A stretch of DNA of 64,000 nucleotides, taken from contig CAWELD010000003.1 in the NCBI GenBank assembly GCA_963809895.1, positions 3,488,001 to 3,552,000 of the forward strand, in the 5' to 3' direction. The stretch comes from an uncultured Gemmatimonadales bacterium. Its GTDB lineage: Bacteria > Gemmatimonadota > Gemmatimonadetes > Longimicrobiales > Gaopeijiaceae. Below the pieces are notes generated by a model. The model was given only the letters and a program-made list of their open reading frames with translations. It ran no database searches and had not been told where the DNA came from. The translations under genes and the position numbers were made by a program. The number at the start of each line of letters is the position of its first letter. The stretch's first letter is position 1. Positions 1-11,588 of the stretch are shown piece after piece.

Positions 1-3000
1 TCCTGGATCTCGGTGGACGTGAGCCCCGACGGCCAGACGCTGGTCTTCGACTACCTGGGCGATCTCTTCACCCTGCCCATCGCCGGCGGCCAGGCCACGC
101 AGCTCACCTCGGGCCTGGCCTACGACGCCCAGCCCCGCTTCTCGCCCGACGGCAGCCGGGTGGTCTTCACCTCGGACCGCGACGGCGGCCAGAACATCTG
201 GATGATGAGCCTCGACGGCTCGGACACGGTCCAGATCTCCTCGGGCGAGGCCAACCGCGCGGAATCCCCCGAGTTCACGCCCGATGGTGACTACGTGGTG
301 GCGGCCATGGGGATGGGGCACTTCCGCTACGGGGGCAGCCCGAAGCTCCGTCTCTTCCACGTGGACGGCGGCAACGGGGTGGACCTCATCGACGGGGACA
401 ACGTGCCCAAGACGGTGGGTCCGGCCTTCGGCGACGACGGCCGCTGGATCTGGTACGCCCAGCGCACCGGCCAGGGCGACTGGAGCTACAACGCCCAACT
501 CCCCCTCTACGCCATCCGGGCCTACGACCGGGACACCGGTCGGAGCTACAACCGTGTCAGCCGCTACGGCGGCGCGTTCCGCCCCACGCTGTCGCCCGAC
601 GGGCGCTGGCTGGTCTATGGCTCCCGTGACGACGACGCCACCGGCCTGATGATCCGCGACCTGCAGAACGGCGACGAACGCTGGCTGGCCTTTCCGGTGC
701 AGCACGACGACCAGGAGTCGCGGGCTTCGCTGGACGTGCTTCCGGGGATGAGCTTCACCCCGGATTCACGCTACCTGGTGGCGTCGTGGGGCGGCAAGCT
801 GTGGAAGGTACCTGCGGCGGGAGGCGCGGCCGAGGAGATCCCCTTCCGGGTGACCTTCGACCTGGATCTGGGGCCGGAGGTGCACTTCCAGTACCCCATC
901 GAGGACTCGCCGACCTTCACGGTGCGCCAGATCCGTGACGCAGCGCCCTCGCCCGACGGCTCGCGGCTGGCCTTCACCGCCATGGATCACCTGTACGTGA
1001 GCGCTGCCGACGGATCCGGCGCCCGGCGCCTCACCGATACCGATATCAGCGAGCACGAGCCCACCTGGTCTCCGGACGGCCGCTGGATCGCCTACGCCAC
1101 CTGGTCCGAGCGTGGCGAGGGCCACCTCTACCGCGTCCGCGCCGACGGGCCGGGAGCGCCGGAGCAGCTCACCCGGCAGCCGGGCATCTACGCCGAGCCC
1201 GCCTGGTCACCCGACGGCCGTCGCATCGTGGCGCTGCGCGGCTTCGCCCGGGCTTTCGAGACGAGCACGAGCCCCGGCGCGGAGAGCGAGGCCGACGAGC
1301 TGGTGTGGATCCCCGCCGCCGGAGGTGAGGCGACGCTGATCATGCCGGCGGCGGGGCGTTCGGCGCCCCACTTCACCCAGGACTCGACGCGTGTCTTCCT
1401 CTTCCAGCGGCCCGACGCACTGGTCTCGGTACGTTGGGACGGCACCGACGAGAAGACGCTTGTGAAGGTCCGGGGCGGCCGGGTGCCCGGTCAGACGCAG
1501 GCGCTGTCACCCGACCTCGTGCTCATGGCGCCCCGAGGGGACCAGGCCATGGCCCTCATCCAGGGCCAGCTCTACACGGTCACGGTACCCCGCCTGGGCG
1601 AAGCGCCCACCATCTCCGTGGGAAACCCGTCGTCGGCCGCATTCCCGGCGCGCCGGCTCAGCGAGCTGGGCGGCGAGTTTCCGGCCTGGGGAGCCGACGG
1701 TCGCACCGCGCACTGGTCGCTGGGCAACGCCCACTTCACCTACTCACTGGACCGGGCCCGGGCGTACGAGGACAGCGTGGAGGCCGCCGAGCGAGCGCGG
1801 CCTTCGGACGAGGAGGTCGAGAGCGAGGAGTCGGCCAGTGACGAGGAGGGCTACCAGCCCCTCGAAGTGCGCATCACGATCCAGGCACAGCGCGATCTGC
1901 CGCAGGGCGTGGCGGTGCTCCGGGGCGCCCGCATCGTCACCATGAACGGTGACCAGGTCATCGACAACGGCGACATCCTGGTGCGCGGCAACCGTATCGA
2001 GGCGGTGGGGGCCAGCGGCAGCGTCGACGTGCCCGCCGACGCCCGGGTGGTCGACGTCAGCGGCAAGACCATCGTGCCGGGCTTCGTGGACACCCACGCC
2101 CACATGTGGCCCACCTGGGAGATCCACCGGAAGGATCAGTGGATCTACCGGGCCAACCTGGCCTACGGGGTCACCACGACCCGCGATCCCCAGACCTCCA
2201 CCACCGACGTGCTCACCTACGCCGACCTGGTGCGGGCCGGCGAGGTGGTGGGACCGCGCATCTACTCTACGGGCCCCGGGGTCTTCTTCGACGAGCACCT
2301 GACCTCGCTCGAGCAGGCGCGCGACATCCTGAAGCGCTACGCGGACTACTTCGACACCAAGACGCTGAAGATGTACGTGTCGGGCACCCGCAAGCAGCGC
2401 CAGTGGATCATTCAGGCGGCCCGGGAGAACGGCATCATGCCCACCACCGAGGGCTCGCTGAACTTCAAGCAGAACATCACGGAGACGCTGGACGGCTACC
2501 CGGGGCTCGAGCACGCGCTGCCCATCTATCCGCTCTACCGGGACATGGTGCAGCTCTTCACCACGGTGGGCCGCACCTACACGCCCACATTGCTCGTCTC
2601 GTACGGGGGGCCCTGGGCCGAGAACTACTACTACACCCACGAGAATCCCCACGACGACGCCAAGCTCCGGCACTTCACGCCCCACGAGGACATCGATGTC
2701 GCCACGCGCAGGCGTGGGGGCGGGCCCAGCCCGGGTCCGGCCGGCTGGTTCAGGGACGAGGAATACGTCTTCCAGGACCACGCCCGCTTCGTGCGGGACC
2801 TGGTGGAGGCCGGCGGGCACGTCGGCATCGGCAGCCACGGCCAGCTCCAGGGGCTCGGCTACCACTGGGAGCTGTGGTCGGTGGCGTCAGGGGGGCTCGG
2901 CAATCACGACGCGCTCCGCGTGGCCACCATCCTGGGCGCCGAGGCCATCGGGCTGGACGGCGACCTGGGCTCCATCGAGGCGGGCAAGCTCGCCGATCTC

Positions 3001-3183
3001 GTGGTGATGGACGGCAACCCGCTCGAGGATCTGCGGGCCACCAACACCATCCGCTACGTCATGAAGAACGGGCGGCTCTACGAGGGCGACACCCTGAACG
3101 AGATCTACCCGCGGCAGCGCACCATGGCGCCGGGCTGGTGGGAGCGGGACGAGCCCGGCGAGCTGCCCGGCGTCGGCCGCTGA
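1..3183 (+). CDS. TolB/PD40 beta-propeller plus amidohydrolase family protein (5' truncated by window)
   Basis: Repeated xSPDG/WSPDG propeller motifs, then amidohydrolase motifs PGFVDTHAH and GSIEAGKLADLV; frame is open from base 1. Confidence 0.9.
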   Translation, partial: SWISVDVSPDGQTLVFDYLGDLFTLPIAGGQATQLTSGLAYDAQPRFSPDGSRVVFTSDRDGGQNIWMMSLDGSDTVQISSGEANRAESPEFTPDGDYVVAAMGMGHFRYGGSPKLRLFHVDGGNGVDLIDGDNVPKTVGPAFGDDGRWIWYAQRTGQGDWSYNAQLPLYAIRAYDRDTGRSYNRVSRYGGAFRPTLSPDGRWLVYGSRDDDATGLMIRDLQNGDERWLAFPVQHDDQESRASLDVLPGMSFTPDSRYLVASWGGKLWKVPAAGGAAEEIPFRVTFDLDLGPEVHFQYPIEDSPTFTVRQIRDAAPSPDGSRLAFTAMDHLYVSAADGSGARRLTDTDISEHEPTWSPDGRWIAYATWSERGEGHLYRVRADGPGAPEQLTRQPGIYAEPAWSPDGRRIVALRGFARAFETSTSPGAESEADELVWIPAAGGEATLIMPAAGRSAPHFTQDSTRVFLFQRPDALVSVRWDGTDEKTLVKVRGGRVPGQTQALSPDLVLMAPRGDQAMALIQGQLYTVTVPRLGEAPTISVGNPSSAAFPARRLSELGGEFPAWGADGRTAHWSLGNAHFTYSLDRARAYEDSVEAAERARPSDEEVESEESASDEEGYQPLEVRITIQAQRDLPQGVAVLRGARIVTMNGDQVIDNGDILVRGNRIEAVGASGSVDVPADARVVDVSGKTIVPGFVDTHAHMWPTWEIHRKDQWIYRANLAYGVTTTRDPQTSTTDVLTYADLVRAGEVVGPRIYSTGPGVFFDEHLTSLEQARDILKRYADYFDTKTLKMYVSGTRKQRQWIIQAARENGIMPTTEGSLNFKQNITETLDGYPGLEHALPIYPLYRDMVQLFTTVGRTYTPTLLVSYGGPWAENYYYTHENPHDDAKLRHFTPHEDIDVATRRRGGGPSPGPAGWFRDEEYVFQDHARFVRDLVEAGGHVGIGSHGQLQGLGYHWELWSVASGGLGNHDALRVATILGAEAIGLDGDLGSIEAGKLADLVVMDGNPLEDLRATNTIRYVMKNGRLYEGDTLNEIYPRQRTMAPGWWERDEPGELPGVGR

Positions 3184-3186
3184 CGC

Positions 3187-4026
3187 TCAGCCGCCGCCTC
3201 TCGTCAGGTGCGAGGTGGCCCGGATGCGGAGCCCCATGGGGAAGGGCGCCTGGGGCACGTTCATGGTGCCCGTGTAGGTCCCGTCGGAGTATTGCTCCCA
3301 CAGGGTGCCCGCCTCCACGTCCCACAGGAACCATCCGTTGGAGGTGCCATCCAGGTCCTGCTCGATGTCCATCCCCTGCTGACGGGTGGACACCGTGCGC
3401 TGGTCGTCGCTGGTGTAGGTGACCCTGCGCATGCGCCGCCCGGCGACCGTGGTGTCGCCGGCCAGGGTGTAGGTGACGGCGGAGCTGGTCGTGATCTCGC
3501 CCGGGCCCTGGGGCGCCTCGACCTGGATCGTATCGGTCCAGGTATCGCCCACCGCCACCACCCGGTCGGGCAGGCGCGGAAAGAACGTTGCCGCCGTGAC
3601 CGCCGCGTTGAAGAGCTCGTCGGCGCTTCCCGACAGCTGGGGCCCGGACACCAGGGTGCCCGCTCCCCGGGGATCCACCGTGAAGACGAGAGGACCTTCG
3701 ACGTCGTCGGCCGACGCGCTCTGCGTGCCGGTCATGGGATTGCTCACCCGAGCGTCGAGCGCCGCGTAGGTGGCGGATACCCGCATGCCCTCCGGAGCCT
3801 CGGTGAAGGTCATGTCCACCGTGGCGGTGGTGGTCTGCGACACGTCGATGGACTGCCCGTTCACGTCCACCGACACGCCCACGGTGTCCGCCTGGTGGAA
3901 GGTCGCCGCACCGCCCGCGGGAACCCGGTAGGCCAGCGGTGGCGACGACGACGGGCCCCCACCGGCGGACGCGCACGCGGATCCGGACAGAAGTGCGAGA
4001 AGCGGGAGCAGGTTGCGCGGTCTCAT
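3187..4026 (-). CDS. hypothetical lipoprotein
   Basis: ATG at 4026 with GGAGAG RBS; signal MRPRNLLPLLALLSGSAC with lipobox-like Cys; Thr/Val-rich beta-strand body. Confidence 0.75.
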   Translation of the reverse strand: MRPRNLLPLLALLSGSACASAGGGPSSSPPLAYRVPAGGAATFHQADTVGVSVDVNGQSIDVSQTTTATVDMTFTEAPEGMRVSATYAALDARVSNPMTGTQSASADDVEGPLVFTVDPRGAGTLVSGPQLSGSADELFNAAVTAATFFPRLPDRVVAVGDTWTDTIQVEAPQGPGEITTSSAVTYTLAGDTTVAGRRMRRVTYTSDDQRTVSTRQQGMDIEQDLDGTSNGWFLWDVEAGTLWEQYSDGTYTGTMNVPQAPFPMGLRIRATSHLTRGGG

Positions 4027-4216
4027 GGGGCTCTCCAGGCGGGCGGACGAATGCGGCGGTGGTCCACGGGGAACCACGCCGGGTCGCTCAGGTTACGACG
4101 CCACCCGGACGAGGCTTCAACGACGCTCTCGCCCCCCGGGCTCGCTTGGCCGGGTCGGGTCGGCGGGTTATCGTCAGGAGCCGTGAAACCCATGCTACGC
4201 CCCAGAGGTCCAGCAC

Positions 4217-4777
4217 ATGTCCCTTCGCACCAACCCTGATCGCATCCTGGAGAACATCGACCGGGCCCGCAGCCGTGAAGACTCCGGCTTCCGCGGCGCC
4301 TCCGACCGTCAGGCGATGGGGCGGGAGCTGAACACGGAAATGCCCGACGTGGACGCCACCACGCCCGAGCGCATGAAGCGGGTGTTCGCGGGGGTGGAAG
4401 CGGCCTACACCAAGTGCGCGCAGAGCCAGGCGTTGGGGCCCCTGGCCCAGCGTTTCCAGGCCATCGGCGACCTCCACGAGCACCGGGCTCGCGGCGATGT
4501 CAGCATCGCCATCCGCTACATGGATCACAAGCGCGACGACGACTTCGGCATGGCCCCCTTCGAGATCCGCCCGGACGACCTGACCGAGGCCCGCAAGGCC
4601 ACCAAGACCAGTCGCCCCGACGTCAACGCGCTCAAGGTGTTGCGAGGCGCGCTGCGCGCAGGGGTGCTGGCCGCCTATCAGAAGGTCGAGCCCCGCATCC
4701 GGGACGCGCTGCGGGACCGGGCCGACATGGGACATGTGGAAGTCTCGGTGACGCTGGATCTGCGCCCCGCCAGTTGA
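4217..4777 (+). CDS. hypothetical protein (186 aa)
   Basis: GC3-rich host-like codons, GAGG RBS, upstream TTGGCC-17-TATCGT (4146-4174); stop overlaps next start (TTGA). Confidence 0.8.
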   Translation: MSLRTNPDRILENIDRARSREDSGFRGASDRQAMGRELNTEMPDVDATTPERMKRVFAGVEAAYTKCAQSQALGPLAQRFQAIGDLHEHRARGDVSIAIRYMDHKRDDDFGMAPFEIRPDDLTEARKATKTSRPDVNALKVLRGALRAGVLAAYQKVEPRIRDALRDRADMGHVEVSVTLDLRPAS

Positions 4778-5727
4778 ACCCACAGAGGGGGGTTCTCCTC
4801 CTCTTCCTGGACGGGGTCGGCATCGGCCCCGACGATCCCCGGCGCAACCCCTTCTTCAGCGCCCGCCTGCCCAACCTGCACGCCCTCGTGGGCGGCAATC
4901 TGCCGACCCTGGCCGCGCCCCGGGTCGAGAGTGCGGGGACCGATCGTCCAGCCGCCACGGCGCCATTGGACGCGTGCCTCGGCGTCGCGGGCACACCCCA
5001 GAGCGGCACCGGGCAGACCACCATCCTCACCGGCCGCAACGGCGCACGCCTCTTCGGCCGACACTTCGGTCCGTGGGTGCCGGTTCGGCTGCGCCCCATG
5101 GTGGAGAGTGACAGCATCCTGGCGAGGGCCGTCAAGCACGGGCTGCCCGCGGCCTTCGCCAACGCCTATCCCGAGGGATGGCCCGGTGCCCGGGGCGACC
5201 GACGCCTGGCGGCTCCTCCGCTGGCCGCGCGGGGTGCGGGACTCCTGACCCGCCACCACCGGGAGCTGGGGCTGGGCCGGGCGGTGGCCAGCGAGATCCT
5301 GAACACCGGGTGGCAGCGCCACCTGGGCCATCACGATCTCCCCGACGTGACCGCCGAGGAGGCGGGACGGGTCCTGGGCCGCCTCACCGCCGACCACGCC
5401 CTCACGCTCTACGCCCACTACGCCACCGACACGGCGGGCCACCGGGGCGACATGGAAGGCTGCGTGTCGGCGCTGGAACGCGTGGATCGCTTCTTCGGCG
5501 GGCTGCTGGAGACGCTGCCCCCGCGCCACACCCTCCTGGTGTGCAGCGACCACGGAAACCTCGAGGACCTCGACACACGCGGGCACACGCTGAATCCGGC
5601 CCTGGGTCTCGTGGCCGGGCCCTCCGCGCAGGAGCGGGCACGAGAGCTGGCCAGCCTCGAGGACCTGGCCCCCGCCATCGCCCGCTGGCTGGGGATGGAG
5701 GGAGAGGCGGGGGCTGTGGGCGACTGA
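4774..5727 (+). CDS. alkaline-phosphatase-superfamily metalloenzyme (iPGM/phosphopentomutase-like)
   Basis: FLDGVGIG, PQSGTGQT, DTAGH, SDHGN, HTLNP metal/nucleophile motifs; TTG start overlaps upstream stop. Confidence 0.8.
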   Translation: MNPQRGVLLLFLDGVGIGPDDPRRNPFFSARLPNLHALVGGNLPTLAAPRVESAGTDRPAATAPLDACLGVAGTPQSGTGQTTILTGRNGARLFGRHFGPWVPVRLRPMVESDSILARAVKHGLPAAFANAYPEGWPGARGDRRLAAPPLAARGAGLLTRHHRELGLGRAVASEILNTGWQRHLGHHDLPDVTAEEAGRVLGRLTADHALTLYAHYATDTAGHRGDMEGCVSALERVDRFFGGLLETLPPRHTLLVCSDHGNLEDLDTRGHTLNPALGLVAGPSAQERARELASLEDLAPAIARWLGMEGEAGAVGD

Positions 5728-5795
5728 CGGGGGGGCGCACCGGCCCCCGCCCCCACAGCCATGGAAGCGCCCCGCCGGGCGACCCACCATGGGAC

Positions 5796-7562
5796 ATGTC
5801 CGTTCCCGCTCCCCACACCCGCCGCGCTCTGGGCCAGCTCCTGGTGGAGCTCGGCGCCCTCGACGCTCGCACCCTGGAGGCCGCGCTGGCGGCCCGCAGG
5901 GATCCGGGCACGCGTCTCGGGGCGTTCCTTGTCCAGCGCGGCGATCTGCACCCCGACGACGTCAGCCGGGCCCTGGCGCGGCAACTGGGACTGGAACACG
6001 AGCGCGGCCCCCTGGAGCCGGCGCCCGAGGCGCTCTCCCTTCTGCCGGAGGCCGTGGCCCGCGCGAGCCGCGTACTGCCGCTGTCGGTACGGGGCCGAAC
6101 GCTCCGGCTCGCCATGGACGACCCCCTCGACGTGGGCACCGCCGAGGACGTGCGCTTCCGCACCGGGCGGCGGGTCGAGCCCGTGGTGGTGTCACCGGAC
6201 GTACTCGCCGAAGCTTTCGACCGCGCCTGGGGGGGTGAGGTGGCACGCCTGGCGGCGGGCCTCGCCGACCGCCAGGACGACGGCGAGGACCGGGAAGCGC
6301 TGGAACGGGCCGCGCAGGCCGCGCCGGTGGTCCGCCTGGTGGACAAGATCCTGAACGACGGCGTGGCGCGGGGCGCCAGCGACATCCACATCGAGCCTCT
6401 CGCGACACGTCTGCTCGTGCGCCAGCGCGTCGACGGCGTCTTGAAGGCGGTGCACCGGCTGCCGCCCGGTGCCCGCAGCGCCATCGTGTCACGCCTCAAG
6501 ATCATGGCCGGACTGGACATCGCCGTGCGGCGCCGTCCCCAGGACGGTGGCTTCGACATGGAGGGCCAGGGCCGGCGCCTGTCGGCGCGCCTGTCGACGC
6601 TCCCCACCGAGGCCGGGGAGAAGGCGGTGGTTCGCATCCTGGATGCCCGTCAGGCGCCGCCGGGGTTGGACCAGCTGGGGCTGGCACCCGACGACCTGGG
6701 CCGCTTGCGGCGCGTGCTGGCGGGCGGCCAGGGGGTCGTGCTGGCGGCGGGACCCACGGGGAGCGGCAAGAGCAGCACCCTGCACGCCGCGCTCCGGGAG
6801 TTGGACCGGGAGCGGCTCAACGTGGTGACCCTCGAGGACCCCGTGGAATACCGCCTGCCCGGTGTGACGCACGTCCAGGTGGACCCCAGGGCAGGGTTGA
6901 CCTTTCCCGCGGCGCTGCGGGCGGTGCTCCGTCAGGATCCCGACGTCATCATGGTGGGCGAGATCCGCGACCGTGAGACCGCCGAGATCGCCATGGCCGC
7001 GGCGGTCACGGGCCACCTGGTGCTCTCCACGGTGCACACCACCGACGCGCCGGGCGCGGTCACCCGATTGCTGCACATGGGAGTGCCGGCGTACCTGGTG
7101 GCCGGCGGACTGATGGGAGTAGTGGCCCAGCGCCTGGTGCGCACCGTGTGCCCCACCTGCCGGGGCCGGGGTGGGTGCCGGCGCTGCGACGACGGCTTCA
7201 CCGGCCGCACCGGGGTCTTTCAGGTGCTGGTGGTCAGCGACGCGTTGCGCGACGAAGTGGTGGCCGGGGCCTCGGCTCCCACCCTGCGGCGGCGGGCCCG
7301 CGAAGGAGGCATGGGCACGCTGGCCGACGACGTGCGTCGCAAGGTGGCCGAGGGGATCACCACGCCCCACGAGGCGGGACGGGTTCTGCGCACCGATCCC
7401 GGCGCGGCGCTGCCGTGCCGCGGTTGCGGCGAGTCCGTGCCCTCGTCGGCTGCCGCGTGCCCCTGGTGCGGCCGGCCGGTGCGACGGTCGTGCGCGTGCG
7501 GTGAGCGACTGGAACCGGGGTGGCGATACTGCCCCGCCTGTGCGCGCAAGCGATCGTCGTGA
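5796..7562 (+). CDS. GspE/PilB-family secretion ATPase with N-terminal MshEN domain and C-terminal double zinc ribbon
   Basis: ASDIHIEP, Walker A GPTGSGKS, TLEDPVEY, LRQDPDVIMVGEIRD, TGHLVLSTVH; tandem (R)LGxxLVxxG motifs; four Cys-pair motifs at C-terminus. Confidence 0.9.
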   Translation: MSVPAPHTRRALGQLLVELGALDARTLEAALAARRDPGTRLGAFLVQRGDLHPDDVSRALARQLGLEHERGPLEPAPEALSLLPEAVARASRVLPLSVRGRTLRLAMDDPLDVGTAEDVRFRTGRRVEPVVVSPDVLAEAFDRAWGGEVARLAAGLADRQDDGEDREALERAAQAAPVVRLVDKILNDGVARGASDIHIEPLATRLLVRQRVDGVLKAVHRLPPGARSAIVSRLKIMAGLDIAVRRRPQDGGFDMEGQGRRLSARLSTLPTEAGEKAVVRILDARQAPPGLDQLGLAPDDLGRLRRVLAGGQGVVLAAGPTGSGKSSTLHAALRELDRERLNVVTLEDPVEYRLPGVTHVQVDPRAGLTFPAALRAVLRQDPDVIMVGEIRDRETAEIAMAAAVTGHLVLSTVHTTDAPGAVTRLLHMGVPAYLVAGGLMGVVAQRLVRTVCPTCRGRGGCRRCDDGFTGRTGVFQVLVVSDALRDEVVAGASAPTLRRRAREGGMGTLADDVRRKVAEGITTPHEAGRVLRTDPGAALPCRGCGESVPSSAAACPWCGRPVRRSCACGERLEPGWRYCPACARKRSS

Positions 7563-7610
7563 CCGCACGACGCGGTGGTGGGAGCGGCCTCTCCCGGATC
7601 CGGCGGCTCG

Positions 7611-7946
7611 TCAGGGACCCGGCGCCGAGGCCGGCGTGCGCCCGCCCTGCCGGTGATGGGGGGGCACCGGCAGAAGCTGCACCAGATACCCCAGCGCCAG
7701 GAGGACCACGAAGGCGCCCAGGATGGCCCGCGACCAGGGACCCAGGCGGGCTCCCGTCACCGGCACCGGGCTCTGCACCGGCGCCACCCGCCTGAGGCCG
7801 CCGCTCTCCTGCAGGTGCGTGTCCATGGCGGCACCGCAGCGGGCGCACAGGCGGAAGGCTCCGGGATTCACCATCCAACAGTGGGGGCATACCGCCGGCA
7901 CGCCGTGGTCGCCCGTGGGGGCGCCCCGGGGACGGAGCCGACTCAC
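7611..7946 (-). CDS. small zinc-ribbon membrane protein
   Basis: CPHC-x10-CARCG zinc ribbon then one TM helix (AILGAFVVLLALGYLVQLL); GTG start overlaps stop of upstream gene (GTGA). Confidence 0.65.
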   Translation of the reverse strand: MSRLRPRGAPTGDHGVPAVCPHCWMVNPGAFRLCARCGAAMDTHLQESGGLRRVAPVQSPVPVTGARLGPWSRAILGAFVVLLALGYLVQLLPVPPHHRQGGRTPASAPGP

Positions 7947-8647
7947 GGCAGGCTCCTGAGCAGGCGGCCCACCGGATCGCCGCCTTCGGGCCAGAGGTAT
8001 CGATCCGACACACGGTTCAGCGCCGTGCGCACGTCCCGGAAGCGCCGGCCCACCTCGTCCAGGACGCCGTCCATTCCCAGCGCCTCGGCCTCCGGGCTGC
8101 GCGCTGCCGTGCGGTACCCGGTGGAGCCCATCTCCTCGTAGTAGGACAGCGACGGGGCACCCCGGCGCTTGCGCCGGGTCTCGAGGTAGTCGGGAAAGAG
8201 GCCGGCCAACCAGAGCGAGAAGTTGCCGAGGTGCGAGCGGAGCAGAAACGCCTCCCGCTCGTCGGCCCGAGCGAGGCGCGCCACCAGATCGACCACGTAG
8301 TGAAACTCCTCCTCGTCTCCTTCGCGCACTCGATAGGCCCGCCCGGAGCGGCCGAAGGCCAGTACCACCGAGGCCACGAAGTCGGCGGCGCCGGCGTCGT
8401 CCACGCCCACTTCGAGAAGGGCCTGCCGCACCAGCACATAGAAGATGACCCCCGGCGACGCGGTGACGTCGGGGTCCGTCAGGAGGGCGTTGCGCACCCG
8501 CGGGTCGTCCAGCAGCGCGTCGGCCCCGTGGCGCTCGAGGCGCTCCCGGGCAGCCCGGCGCAGCTCCGGGTCGTGACGACCCAGGAGATCCACCAACTGC
8601 TGGGCGTCGCGTCGCGAGAACGACGCCCGTAGAGTGGGCAGGATCAT
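7943..8647 (-). CDS. hypothetical protein (234 aa)
   Basis: AAGGAGAC RBS before ATG, host-like codons; motif HLGNFSLWLAGLFPD...YYEEMG..GY. Confidence 0.85.
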   Translation of the reverse strand: MILPTLRASFSRRDAQQLVDLLGRHDPELRRAARERLERHGADALLDDPRVRNALLTDPDVTASPGVIFYVLVRQALLEVGVDDAGAADFVASVVLAFGRSGRAYRVREGDEEEFHYVVDLVARLARADEREAFLLRSHLGNFSLWLAGLFPDYLETRRKRRGAPSLSYYEEMGSTGYRTAARSPEAEALGMDGVLDEVGRRFRDVRTALNRVSDRYLWPEGGDPVGRLLRSLP

Positions 8648-8894
8648 GTGGTCTCCTTCCTTGCCGGGGCATCGGCGCCGCGCCTACCTTCGCCGCACCG
8701 GGGACCCGGTCCGGGCGGTGTTCGCACGCGGTGTCCATTGACGTCCTACACGGCCTGTCGCGCGGCAGTTCGCTCCTCTGGCCAGCTTTCGCCCTCCGAA
8801 GCCCATCCGTCAAGACGGTGGCCCGGGCCGGCGACGCCCGGCCGCCTCGTTCGGCGGGGTGGATCCGAAGCACGGGGTCGCGCACGGGGGTGAT

Positions 8895-10183
8895 GTGGAA
8901 TCCACAGCAGGAACGACGACGAAAGGCGGGCGACTGCCCAGGATCCGCAGCTTCAGGCGCCGGGTCTTCCTGGTGATCCTCGCCGTCGCCCTGGTGCCCA
9001 TCGGCGTCGCGCTGGCCGGAGGGACGCTCCTGCTGCGCGAGATCGGCTCCAGCACCGGCACGTTGGGCCCTTGGGAAGAGGTGGCCCGGTCCGGGCGCCA
9101 GCTCATCGACGCGGCCACCGCGGCCGCCCCCGGAGACTCCACGGTCGCGGGTGCGGCGCGCCGTCACGGCGAGGCGCTCTCCGCGTCGGTCCGCCAATCC
9201 CGGCTCTACACCGTGGTGACCGCGCGCATCGTCACCCTTCTTCCGCTGGGCGCGCTCCTGGGCTCCATCATCCTGGCCGCGCTGGCGGCCTGGGCGGCGG
9301 GTGGCCTGTCCCGGTGGGTGTCGCGTCCCATCGCCGAGCTCGTGGACTGGACCGGGCGCATCGCCCGCCGCGAGCCCCTGCCTCCCGAGCCCGGGGGCGG
9401 TGCGGGCGTGACGGAGTTCGATGCCCTGCGGGGCGCGCTCCGGGGCATGGCGCGGGAGCTCGAGGAGGCCCGTCGCCAGGAGCTGGAATCGGCTCGCCTG
9501 CGCGCCTGGACCGAGATGGCACGTCGGGTCGCGCACGAGCTCAAGAATCCCCTGACACCCATGCGCATGAGCGCGTCTGCCCTGGCCCGCAGCGACGACA
9601 CCAGGGTGCGGGAGACCGCCGAGATGCTCCTGGAGGAGGTGTCGCGCCTCGAGGAGATGGCACGCACCTTCGCCCAGTTCGGACGCCTTCCCGAGGGTCC
9701 CACGGCCCCGGTCGATCTGGTGGAGCTCCTGGAAGCGCTCGCCGAGCGCCACGACGGCAAGCCCGTGCCCGTGCGACTGCTGGTCCCGGCGCCGCTGCCC
9801 ATGGTGTCCGGGCATCACGAATTGCTGTCCCGCGTCTTCCGGAACCTGGTGGTCAACGCCCAGGAAGCGGCCAGCGAGGGAGGTGGAACGGCAGTGGAGG
9901 TGCGGGTGGAGGCGCGTGACGGTCACGTGCGGGTGACGGTGTCCGACGACGGCCCCGGCATCCCCCCGGAGCTGCTCGAGCGCATCTGGCTCCCGGACGT
10001 GACCACCAAGCGCAAGGGCACGGGACTGGGTCTGCCCATGGTGCGTCAGGCGGTCACGGCCCACGGAGGCCGCGTCGAGGCGTCGAATCGTCCCGGAGGT
10101 GGTGCCGAGTTCGTGGTGACGCTTCCCGTGGAGCCCACAGAGCCCGCCCCGGCCGCGCACACGCCCGTCGACGAGAGGGTCTG

Positions 10184-10184
<1 letters not shown>
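8895..10184 (+). CDS. membrane sensor histidine kinase (NtrY-like, HAMP-HisKA-HATPase)
   Basis: Two TM helices, [20 protein letters not shown]-box, NLVVNA, DDGPGI, GTGLGL; start uncertain (8859 or 8895). Confidence 0.9.
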
Positions 10185-11551
<1,367 letters not shown>

Positions 11552-11588
11552 CGGTGCCGAGCACCACGAGAAAGGTGGAGGTACGACC

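Noticed and set aside
8648..8894. Possible sigma-54 promoter or riboswitch in the divergent intergenic region
   Set aside because: No convincing TGGCAC-N5-TTGC or known riboswitch motif found by eye.
7947..10160. 849-aa minus ORF and the many other long Arg/Pro/Gly-rich alternative ORFs
   Set aside because: High-GC shadow frames overlapping genes with clear motifs; only 7611-7946 of this ORF looks coding.
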